Both the position numbers and the translations under genes were made by a program. Source: Methanotrichaceae archaeon (lineage in GTDB: Archaea > Halobacteriota > Methanosarcinia > Methanotrichales > Methanotrichaceae). Taken from it: a DNA stretch of 64,000 bases. How positions within the stretch are numbered: the first letter of the stretch is position 1; every line of letters starts with the position of its first letter. This document shows, piece after piece, positions 37,367 to 47,670 of this stretch. The notes beneath the pieces were generated by a model. That model was not told where the DNA came from and ran no database searches. It worked only from the letters and a program-made list of their open reading frames with translations. Location of the stretch: the NCBI GenBank assembly GCA_963813075.1, contig CAWEXU010000013.1:128001-192000 (forward strand). The letters run 5' to 3'.

Positions 37367-40126
37367 ATGTCGGAAATTAGACTCACCATTGATGGTCAGG
37401 AGGTAGTGGTTCCAGAGGGTTCTAGCATTCTTGATGCCTGCCGGAAAGCGGATTCATATGTGCCGGCGCTCTGCGATCATCCCGACCTCGAAGCCCATAG
37501 GCTCCTGCAAGCTCTGCATAGTCTCGGTAGAGGGGATGGACGGCTATCCCACTGCCTGCAACACCCCGGCAGTTGAGGGAATGGTGGTGCAGACGGTGAC
37601 CGAGGAGCTGCAGGATATGAGAAGGCACACCCTGGAGATGATCCTCGCTCTAACCAACCATCCCATCAGCTGCCTGGTCTGCGAGAGGAAGAACGAATGC
37701 GGTGACCTGCGCGAGTGCATGAGAAAGTTCCCGGTCACTGTGGGCTGCAAGTACTGCCCCAAAGACGGCGAATGCGAGCTGCAAAGGGCAGTGGAGTTCG
37801 TGGGCCTGGAGAGGGTCCGATACCAGATCTCCTTCAAAGACAGGCCAGTCTTGAGAGAGCCTTTTTTCGATCGCAACTACAACCTCTGCATCCTGTGCGG
37901 CCGGTGCGTGCGCGTCTGCCAGGAGGTCAGAGGGGAGGGAGTGCTATCGACCAACCCAGATTTCCACCGCTTGCACTGGATAGGCCCCGAATCGCTGCAG
38001 GACTCAAGACTGCAAGTTCTGCGGGGCATGCGTGGACATCTGCCCTACCGGAGCCCTTTACGCCCGGTTTGAGAAGTGGCAGAGGCCGGAGAGGACCACG
38101 GATACCATCTGCCCCTACTGCGGTGTGGGCTGCCGGATAGAGGTGGGAGTGCAGGATGAGAGAGTGGTGAGGGTGAGGGCCAAGAGGGACTGTTACCCCA
38201 ATTTCGGCCAGCTCTGCGTCAAAGGCCGCTTCGGCCTGGGATTTGTGGATAGCCCGGAGCGCCTCACCGTCCCCCTCATCCGGAAGGACGGCAGGCTTGA
38301 GCCGATAACCTGGGAGGAAGCCCTCAGTATCCTGACCGAGAAGCTGAACCAGTACAAGGGAGACTGTTTTGCATTCCTGTCGTCGGCCAAGTGCACCAAC
38401 GAGGAGAACTATCTGGCCCAGAAGTTCGCCAGGCTGGTGATGCAGACCAACAATGTGGATCACTGCGCCCGGCTCTGCCATGCCTCTACCGTATCCGCCC
38501 TGGCCCTGGCTTTCGGCAGCGGCGCTATGACCAATTCCATCTCTGAGCTTCCCGATGCCGGCTGCATATTCATCATCGGCTCGAACACCTCTGAGCAGCA
38601 TCCAGTGATCGCCCTGAAGATCAAGGAGGCCAAAAGAAGAGGGGCGAAGATAATCGTGGCCAACCCCCGCTGGATCGACCTGTGCAAGATCGCTGACGTC
38701 TGGCTGCGCCAGACCCCGGGAACGGATGTGGCTCTGGCCCTGGAGATGTGCCGGGTGATCCTGGAGGAGGGGCTAATGGACGAGGAGTTCATCTCCCAGA
38801 GGACGGAGGGATTCGAGGAGTTCAAAAATTCCCTTCTTCAGCTATCCGGAGATGACGCAGCAAAGATCACCGGCATCAGCTCTGATCTGATCCGGGAGGC
38901 GGCGAGGATCTATGCCCGGGGCAATCCCTCTTCCATCATCTATGCCATGGGGATCACCCAGCACTCTCATGGGGTGGAGAACATCTTCGCCCTGGCCAAC
39001 CTGGCCATGATGACCGGGAACGTGGGCCGGCCATCTTCCGGCATCAACCCCCTGCGGGGCCAGAACAATGTGCAGGGCTCCTGCGACATGGGAGCCCTTC
39101 CCAATGTATTCCCTGCCTACCAGGCGGTGACCAATCCCAGATCTGCGCCAGAAGTTCGAAGAGGCCTGGGGAAGTGTCCAGCCTATTCCGGAAAATCCTG
39201 GCCTCACGGTGGTGGAGATGATGAACGCTGCCCATGAGGGAAGTATCAGGGCGATGTACATCATGGGCGAGAATCCGGTTGTGAGCGATCCGGACAGCAG
39301 CCACGTGGTAGAGGCCCTGAAGTCGCTGGAATTTCTGGTGGTGCAGGACATCTTCCTCTCCGAGACTGCAGCTCTGGCGGACCTGGTCCTGCCGGCGACG
39401 AGCAGCCTGGAGAAGGACGGGACATTCACCAACACCGAGCGGCGGGTGCAGAGGATCAGAGAGGCCCTGCATCCAGTGGGCGAGTCCAGACCGGATTGGG
39501 TAATACTGTGCGATCTGGCCGCCCGGATGGGCTACAAAGAGCAGTTCAGCTACGTTGATCCCGGCCAGATCATGGCCGAGGCAGCCAGGCTCTCACCCAG
39601 CTACGGCGGCATCAGCTACGACCGGCTGGAGAAAGACGGCCTGCAGTGGCCCTGCCCCAATCCCGATCATCCTGGGACCCAGTTTCTGCATAAGGGCCAG
39701 TTCACCCGCGGCCGGGGCAAGTTCAATGTGGTCGACTACCGGCCGTCGATGGAGCTGCCGGACGAGGAGTATCCGTTCATCCTCACCACCGGAAGGATTC
39801 TGTGCCATTACCACACCGGGACCATGACCCGGAAGGTGAATGACCTCAATGTTCTCCGGGACGAGGAGCTATTGGAGATCAATCCACAGGATGCCCGAAA
39901 TCTTGGGATCGAGGATGGCGAATTGGTAGATGTGACCAGCCGGCGGGGCAAGGTTCGGGTTAAGGCCAGGGCCACGGAGAAGTCCCCGGTAGGAGTGGTG
40001 TTCATGACCTTCCACTTCTCTGAGACCCCCACCAATGTCCTCACCAATCCCGCTCTGGATCCGATAGCCAAGATCCCGGAGCTGAAGGTCTGTGCCGTGA
40101 AGCTAGATAAAGTTCGAGGAGGCTAG
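37367..40126 (+). CDS. fdhA: Formate dehydrogenase alpha subunit (Cys-type) with N-terminal [2Fe-2S]/[4Fe-4S] domains; three frameshifts (~37490, ~38005, ~39140)
   Basis: ITIDG-like start..GSCKLC..TACNT; CILCGRCVRVC; CPYCGVGC..LCVKG; NNVDHCARLCHAST; PLRGQNNVQG; GTFTNTERR; LTTGR..HYHTGTMT. Confidence 0.9.
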
Positions 40127-41053
40127 ATGTACGAGATAGTAACCAAGGAGACAGTGGCTCCCAATATCATCCATATGAAGTTCAAGGCGCCCAAGATCGC
40201 CAGCAGCGCAAAGCCCGGTCAGTTTGTGATCATCAGGGTGGACGAGAAAGGGGAGAGGATCCCCATGGGCCTTGCCGGCTGGGACGAGAAAGAGGGCACA
40301 ATAGACATCGTCTTCTATGTCCTGGGGACCAGCACGGCAAAGCTGTCCACCATGTGTGAAGGCGATTCTCTGGCCAACATCGCCGGCCCCCTGGGCAAGC
40401 CCTCGGAGATCGAGAACTTCGGAAGGGTGATATGCGCCTGCGGCTGCTTCGGCGTGGGGCCCTCGCTACCACTGGTCAAGGCCCTCAAGGAGAAGGGCAA
40501 CTATGTGATCACGGTGGTGGAGGGCCGGGGTCCTGATTTCGTATTCTGGACCGACAGGCTGGGCGAGTTCAGCGATGAGGTTCATGTGGTGACCGGCTGC
40601 GGCAAGACCGCCTGGGCCAATGACTTCATCGAGCAGGAGCTGCAGTCCGGAAAGAAGATCGACCGGATCTTCGCCCACGGCTGTCCCTTTATGATGAAGG
40701 TCTCTTCAGACGCCTCCCGGGCGGCGGGAGTGGATACCACGGTGAGCCTGACTCCGATCATGGTGGACGGCACTGGCATGTGCGGAGCCTGCCGGGTGGA
40801 GGTGGGAGGAGAGACCAAGTTCGCCTGCGTGGACGGACCGGAATTCGAGGGGCATGACATCAACTGGGATGGCCTGGTCTTAAGGCTCCGCCAGCTGATA
40901 CCGGAGGAGGACAAGTCCTTCAATATCTGGGAGAGGGATAACTGGCACAAATTGATGGACTGCAGGCATAAGAAGAGCTTCAACCCGGCGAAGAGGATGA
41001 ACGTCGAGGAGATTGAGCATAGCGAGGCCAACTGCAAGCTGGCAGGGGTATAA
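40127..41053 (+). CDS. NfnA/SudB-like FAD/[2Fe-2S] subunit
   Basis: KPGQFVIIRVDEKGERIP, GPLGKP and MVDGTGMCGACRV..FACVDGPEF motifs; abuts the fdhA stop. Confidence 0.9.
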   Translation: MYEIVTKETVAPNIIHMKFKAPKIASSAKPGQFVIIRVDEKGERIPMGLAGWDEKEGTIDIVFYVLGTSTAKLSTMCEGDSLANIAGPLGKPSEIENFGRVICACGCFGVGPSLPLVKALKEKGNYVITVVEGRGPDFVFWTDRLGEFSDEVHVVTGCGKTAWANDFIEQELQSGKKIDRIFAHGCPFMMKVSSDASRAAGVDTTVSLTPIMVDGTGMCGACRVEVGGETKFACVDGPEFEGHDINWDGLVLRLRQLIPEEDKSFNIWERDNWHKLMDCRHKKSFNPAKRMNVEEIEHSEANCKLAGV

Positions 41054-41252
41054 AGGCCAGGGATGCTGTGGTTCTGCAGAAGCGTGATCGATTTAATTTT
41101 TAATTATTTTTTTAGCATTATAAAAATTTAATAAATGGGTTAGCGAGATCTGTAGTATTTATGGGGCTCATCCGGTAGCGAGAGAGTGGATATCTCCATC
41201 AATCCCTGTACTATCTCTTCATCGGATAGGGTAACATCGGATTTATACGATC

Positions 41253-41612
41253 TCATTTGATCCTCTTCGATGGGTCAGTGCTATCCATCATCAAGTTTGC
41301 CTTGAGCAATAGGAGGGCGGTGAGGACCTGAGCGTATTCGGCCATTCGCATGACATCGCCATCGTAATCGGAGAATTTGATGCTGGAGACCTCTGCTCCG
41401 GAGGGCTTTTTGGTTTCTGCATACTCCTTGAAAGCTTCAACCTGGCTCTCCTTGCCATCAATTACGATATCGACCACCTGATTCTTGCCATCGGTCAGGT
41501 TGCTGGCATCGAATCCCGGCAGGTGCAAGCCCATGGCTCCGCCCAGCAGGAGATACCTGTAGCCCACATCGTGCACCCTGGGGCCGGTGATGGTAATCCT
41601 GAGCTTCATCAT
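41253..41612 (-). CDS. Acylphosphatase-like protein
   Basis: ITGPRVHDVGYR..FDASN; divergent acylphosphatase fold. Confidence 0.7.
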   Translation of the reverse strand: MMKLRITITGPRVHDVGYRYLLLGGAMGLHLPGFDASNLTDGKNQVVDIVIDGKESQVEAFKEYAETKKPSGAEVSSIKFSDYDGDVMRMAEYAQVLTALLLLKANLMMDSTDPSKRIK

Positions 41613-41859
41613 GGAGATATTAGGTCTGTTCTGGATTATAGTCTCTGCCCTTCCCAGGATTGGCTTTGATCGTGAGCCTGGTCAGAAGACTCCGAAATGT
41701 TTTTATCTGTATAATACTTAAATATGTATATTCCTGCAGTGCGAAGGGCGCCGTATGAACAGCTCAAGGAGACAACATAACGATCGAAATCTACTTCGCT
41801 TCGATTTGATAGGTTAACAGCAGAGGTTAGTTATATTTGAAAATACTATTTTGATTGCG

Positions 41860-42096
41860 ATGAAGGTCCTAAAGTACCACGTTATGCTGAGATGGGAACC
41901 GGAAGATGAGGTTTATACCGCATGGGTTCCATCACTTCCGGGATGCGTTACCTTTGGAAAGACCATTGATGAGGCCCTCGATATGGCAAGAGATGCTATT
42001 GAGGGCTATGTGCAGATATTGATTGCTCATGGCGAAGAAGTCCCAACCGACGAAGATATCATTGATCGCACTGTAGAGATCGTTGCCCATGCCTAA
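41860..42096 (+). CDS. hicB: HicB-family antitoxin (short form, no obvious DNA-binding domain)
   Basis: YTAWVPSLPGCVTFGKTIDEALDMARDAIEGY..GEEVP. Confidence 0.92.
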   Translation: MKVLKYHVMLRWEPEDEVYTAWVPSLPGCVTFGKTIDEALDMARDAIEGYVQILIAHGEEVPTDEDIIDRTVEIVAHA

Positions 42097-42313
42097 GCTG
42101 CCTTCGGTCTCTTCTCAGGAGCTTGCCAAAGCTTTGGAGAAGGCAGGTTTTATTCTTGAGCGGACCACGGGAAGCCACAGCATCTATTACCATCCACAAA
42201 CCCGCAGGAAAGCGGTTGTACCCATTCACAGTAAAGATGTTCCGAAGGGAACGTTGTGCAAGCTTTTGAAGGAAGCTGGAATTAGTAAGGAAGAGCTAAC
42301 GGATCTGCTATAG
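42089..42313 (+). CDS. hicA: HicA-family mRNA interferase toxin
   Basis: LEKAGF..RTTGSH..VPIHSKDVPKGTL..LLKEAGI; overlaps the hicB stop. Confidence 0.92.
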   Translation: MPKLPSVSSQELAKALEKAGFILERTTGSHSIYYHPQTRRKAVVPIHSKDVPKGTLCKLLKEAGISKEELTDLL

Positions 42314-42566
42314 GCATTATTGCCATAAGTTTGCAGTAGCTCTTTCTGTTCCGATGAACCGGGCTTAAAGAGGTCCGGTCTGCCTATGGCTACGGATCGG
42401 CTAAAAAGAGCGGTTGCAGTGCTGCTCGTAAAGATGCCAAAATGTTTTTATCTGTATAATACCTAAATATCTTCATTGTTTGTTATCTTTAATCCGAGCC
42501 TGAATGCCAGCCCTGCATAGCCGAGGCCTTTCGCAATCGAGCTGACAGCAATTAGGCGTGATAAAA

Positions 42567-44700
42567 ATGAGCGGAAAAACAGGCGACCTGTTCGCCCTCC
42601 TGATAGGAATAGACTGCTATCTGCCCAATAGGCTCCCAGGCGGATACTACTACTCCAATCTCGGCGGCTGCGTGAGGGATGTGGATAATGTTCACCGCGA
42701 TCTTCTGCAAAGAAGGCTGAATATACCAGAAAGCAATGTGATCAAGCTCACATCGACCGCCTCCGCTGCAGGTCAGCCACTTGAGCCCCAGGATCTGTGG
42801 CCCACATATGAGAATATGGTGACGGCATTCAAGAAGATTGCCGATATGGCCAGCCCGGGCGATCAGGTCTATATCCACTATGCCGGCCACGGCGGCAGGA
42901 CCTGCGACCATCGATCAGAGGCACAAAGGAGAGTACGGAATCGATGAGGCACTGGTGCCCATGGATATCGGCAACACCGAGGCCAGATACCTGCGAGATA
43001 TAGAGCTGGCCAAGCTCCTCAATGACATGGCCAAAAAGGGGCTCATAGTTACCGCTGTCCTGGATAGTTGCCACTCCGGGGGCATGGTCCGGGGCCGGAA
43101 TGCCGTGTCCGGTAATGTGGCAGTTCGGGGCCTGAGCATCGTTGACACCACCCCTCGCCCAACTGAGAGCCTGGTTGCACCTCTAGAAGAGCTGATTGGC
43201 AACTGGGATGATCTTGGGGGTGGATTTGGCCCCACACGCAAACTGGCTGTAGGTAGCGGCTGGCTTCCCGTGCCCAGGGGTTTTGTCCTTTTGGCCGCAT
43301 GCCGGCCCTCTGAGTCCGCTCTGGAGTACGACTTCGATGGAAAGGAGAGGAACGGCGTCCTGACCTACAACCTTCTCCGATCCCTGGACGACCTGGGACC
43401 GGGCTTGAGCTACAAGACCCTCTACGACCGGATAGTCTCCAGGGTCCATAGCAAATTCAGAGAGCAGACACCACTCCTGGAGGGCGATGGCGACAGGGAG
43501 GTCTTCGGGAGCGAGAGGATCTCTCCCTATTATGCGGTCAATGTTATGGAATACGATGCAGCGGGCAATAGAGTTCTCCTTGACGCCGGCCAGGCTCATG
43601 GCCTGCGCAAGGGCGCTCAGTTCCGCATCTATCCTTCTGGAAGTGCCGATCTCTCCGTCATGAAAAGGGGCCTGGCCCTGACGGAGATCACAGAGCTTGG
43701 GGAGACTGAGTCCTGGGCTAAAATAGTTGATCAATTCAGGGATGCGGCCATAGAGCAGGGGGCGCAGGCAGTCCTGCTGGCAGCCAATTCCCTCGACCTG
43801 GTCAGCATGATCCATTTGTATCAGCGCCGCGATCTGAGCCCGTCCATCGATCAGGCCCGGTTCCTGGAGGCGGTGGGCAAGGTGGCAGAAGAGAACAGAT
43901 GGCTCAAGTTCGTCTCTGAAAAAGAGAGGATAGACTACCAGGTAGCAGTCAACGATGATGGCTACTATGAGATCTGGGATCCATCGGGCAGGAAGATCGA
44001 GAATCTCAGGCCGGATCTTTTGGCTGGAGAGGCCGGGGCCGCTGCGGAGGTGGTCCGCCGCCTGGAGCACATGACCCGGTTCAATGCAGCCAGAGAGCTG
44101 AGAAACCATGATCCCACATCTCCTCTGGCCAGAAAGCTCATCGTCGAGTTCGTGGGCAAAGAGGATAGCGACTACGATCCGGTAAACGAGGCCCATCCCA
44201 AGGCCTTTGACAATCCAATGCTGCCCGAGGTGAACAACGGAGAATGGGCTATTGTGAGGATAAAGAATGGCTTTCCAGAGCATCAGCCGAATAACGTCCT
44301 GAACATCACCGTCCTTGGCCTTCAGCCGGATTGGGGCATCACTCAGATATACCCATCAGGTGCTGCTGAGTGGTTTGTCCCTCTTGATCCAGGAATGGAA
44401 GTTCTCCTTCCCCTTCAATCCATTCTGCCCGAGGGCTATACCGAAGGTATCGATACCATCAAGGTCTTTGCCACCCTTGGAGAGAGTACCACGAACTTCC
44501 AGTGGCTGCAGCTGCCTTCCCTGGACCAGCCTCCCAGAAGGGCGACGACGAGGGGCGAGAGTCCAAAAGATCCCCTGGAGGAGATGATGGTGGCGATAAC
44601 CTCGGAATTGCCCACCATGAGAACTCTGGAGCCAGCCCGTTATCCCAGCAAGGTCTGGACCACTGCTCAGATTGAGCTGAGGACTAAAAGCATAAAATAG
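42567..44700 (+). CDS. Caspase-family (C14) protease with a long C-terminal extension (frameshift near 42900)
   Basis: FALLIGIDCY, LGGCVRDV, HYAGHG (His) in the first frame; EALVPMD, LDSCHSGG (Cys), LAAC..E..G.LT in the second. Confidence 0.88.
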
Positions 44701-44737
44701 AATAGACGCATTATAGAATAGTGCAGGAGAAGAAAAA

Positions 44738-46433
44738 ATGCCAGACGATAGTATTTCTCGTAATCTCCGCCTGCCGAATACTGTAATTAGCCCAGCAGGC
44801 CCCCAGGCATATTACGAGAAGAGCTGGGCTTTGGTCATTGGCATTAATGATTACGAAGGCATGCGTCTGGGAAATGCCAGGAACGATGCTGAGGCGGTTG
44901 CTGCTCTCTTGAAAGAGAAATACGGCTTTGATGAGGTCATCTCTCTGCTGGACAAGGACGCCAGCCGGGAAAATATCCTCCGTTATCTGAGGGAAGATCT
45001 CCGGGATCGGGTTGGTGCTGAGGACAGGCTGATAATCTTCTTTGCTGGACACGGTGAGAGTCAGCCCAGCAAAGGCGGTGGGAGGATTGGCTATATCATC
45101 CCCCAGGATGCCCGAAAGGACACCTCGATTGATCACATCGATATGGATGAGCTGAGAAAGGCCTGCGATAGAATCCCGGCCAAGCATATCCTGATAATTC
45201 TGGACTGCTGCTTCAGCGGAGTAGCAGCCATCACCTCCCGGATTCGAGGAAAGCCCGAGCAGTCTCCCAAAAAGCTCACTGATATGTATTTGCGCAAGCT
45301 CACTGAGAAGAAGTCCTATCAGATAATGACCGCAGGAGATGTGGATCAGCCCATAAGAGATAGTGGCTGTGTCCCTGGGCACTCCGCCTTCACCGCTGCA
45401 TTGCTCGATGGCCTGCGGGGAGATGCCGATCGAGATAATAATGGCCTGATCACAGCAACCGAGCTTTACGATTACATCCAGCCCAGAGTGTCCTGCGAGA
45501 CATCTGCAGACGGGGCGGAAGGCCAGATGCCCTTCCTTGATTATATAAAAGGCGTTGATATTTACCACCCTGGAAACTTCGTCTTCATGCTTCCCAATAT
45601 TATGGTAAGCAATGGAGATGAAGAGAGAAAGGATGGTATGCAAAGTGATGGGCAGAGAAAGGATGAGGTGCGAAGTGATGCCCTCTCCAGGAAGGTTGAG
45701 AATCGATATTCAAATGTGATTGAAAAGAGATTGCCTATTTTAGCGGCTGTGATCGTTTTGATTTTAGCTCTGGTTACAGTGAACTACTTCTATCCATTCT
45801 TCCCAGTTCCTCCTCCAGATGGCAATATAAATCAAATTCAAACCAACACTCCATATTCCCCTTCGGAAACATCTCCCCAGAAGCAGATGGACATGCCTGC
45901 AGACCTGGTTAATTCCTATTCCAGGATCAATAGCCTGGTTGAGAAAGCGTGAATTCGTAAATGCTTTAGATATTATAAATAATGTAATTGAAAAGTATCC
46001 GGAATACAATGAATACAATCTTCTTTTAAAGGGCTGGGCTTTAAACAAGAAGGGTTTTTACGAAATGCAGAGCAATTCGGAAGACGCCGACAATACATTT
46101 GCAGAGGCAATAGATGCATTGGAGCTGGCCTATGCGCTCGATCCTAAAAATGAAAAGGATCCGCCTAATGTATATATTTTAAATGAAAAAGGAAACGCCT
46201 ATCATTACATGGGCAAGTATGACCTGGCTATTGAGTGGAACAATGCAGCGATTGAAATGGACCCCAATATGGATTTTGTCTGGTTCGACCGAGGGCTCAT
46301 ATTTCTGGATCAGAAGAAATGCAAAGAGGCAATCGAAGCCTTTGATAGAGCCATTGAATTGAATCCAGATGATACGCAGAGCAAAGATCTGCGGGAAAGA
46401 GCTATCCAATGCGCTCAGGAGGCAGATTCCTAG
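44738..46433 (+). CDS. Caspase-family (C14) protease + TM helix + TPRs (probably one gene, frameshift near 45940)
   Basis: [54 protein letters not shown]; the TPR ORF 45939-46433 overlaps the first ORF's end. Confidence 0.8.
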
Positions 46434-46669
46434 ATCATACCGATCCTGGGCGGCTGATTTGCCGATTCTGCTACCCAGTAGCTGATCCGCTGCAACCGCA
46501 ACCCTTTTACATAATATCCCGGCAAGCATTGGCCACCATAGCGGGTGAAGCTGCAGAGCAGGTTTGGAGAGATGCTCCTAAAAGCTCCCTTTCAAGGCCA
46601 AAAAAACCTGAAAAGGAAATTGGATGCTCCTGGCCGGGACTGCACTCGCCCGTCCAGGAGGGAGAGATC

Positions 46670-47585
46670 ATATCATTCAAAGTTCCCGCTGATATCGCTA
46701 AGGCAGCCATAGCTGCCGGATGCACGAAATGCAATATGACCTGGCAGAAGCTGCTGGTGCTGGGCTTCCTCGCCGGGGCCTATATCGCCTTTGGAGCCCT
46801 TTTGAGCGAGATTGTGGCTGGAGGCCTATCGAATGGCACCATCACCGGCCCGGACGGCGAGATCTGGAAGATCGCTATCCCCGGGGGCCTGGTCAAGTTC
46901 GCCGCCGGAGCGGTCTTCCCCGTGGGCCTGATGCTGGTCGTGATCGCCGGATCGGAGCTGTTTACCGGCAACTGCATGTTCGCCCCCATCAGCGTCCTGA
47001 ACGGCGAGGCGAGCTTCCGGGGCCTGGTGAAGAACTGGTCGCTTGGTCTACGTGGGCAACCTGGTGGGATCGGTCTTCGTCGCCTACTTCCTGGCTTACC
47101 AGTGCGGCTTGTTCGACAGCCTCCCCTGGGCGGGCTGGGCGGCAACTGTGGCCAACACCAAATGCGGCCTGGACTTCGGCACCGCCTTCCTGCGGGGGAT
47201 CGGCTGCAACTGGCTGGTCTGCCTCGCCGTCTGGCTGGCCATCAGCTCTGAGGACATAATTAGCAAGATCTTCTCCTGCTGGTTCCCCATCATGGCCTTC
47301 GTGACCATCGGCTTTGAGCACAGCGTGGCCAATATGTTCTTCATTCCCCTGGGCATCTTCGCCGCTAATGATCCGGCCATTGCTGCAGAACTTGGCTCGG
47401 CGAGCGTGGCCACGACAAACCTTGTCGGCGGAGCAGGATGGTACAACTTCTTCATCACCAACCTGATCCCGGTCACTTTGGGCAACATCGTCGGAGCGGC
47501 CCTGTTCGTGGCGGCACTCTACTGGTATGTCTATCTGAGGGGGCCAGTCTGCGTAATAAAAGAGGAGAAGCCGACAAAGAGATGA
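46670..47585 (+). CDS. Formate/nitrite transporter (FdhC/FocA family), frameshift near 47042
   Basis: [50 protein letters not shown] and VTLGNIVG motifs. Confidence 0.92.
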
Positions 47586-47670
47586 TGAACCTGGTTTGAT
47601 GTTGAGGATCAAGACTCATCGATCCTCGAATTCATATTTATACGTTTATTTTTTTTTTATAATTATAACT

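Larger units (their letters stand above)
41695..42470 (+). repeat. 31-bp direct repeat pair flanking hicBA (41695-41725 and 42440-42470)
   Basis: aaatgtttttatctgtataatac[t/c]taaatat, one mismatch. Confidence 0.9.

Noticed and set aside
37367..40126. Programmed frameshifting or selenocysteine in fdhA
   Set aside because: The catalytic position is TGC (Cys). The frameshifts show no common slippery motif and match the window-wide indel pattern.
43183..45643. Long antisense ORFs (43183-44283, 44711-45643; likewise 16110-17141 and 53856-55175)
   Set aside because: Shadow frames of GC-rich genes that have clear motifs on the opposite strand.
46559..46610. Glycine riboswitch (GGAGAGA...TCAAGG..AAAA resemblance)
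   Set aside because: Too short and lacks the central CCGAAG/P3 core; kept only as a generic structured leader.
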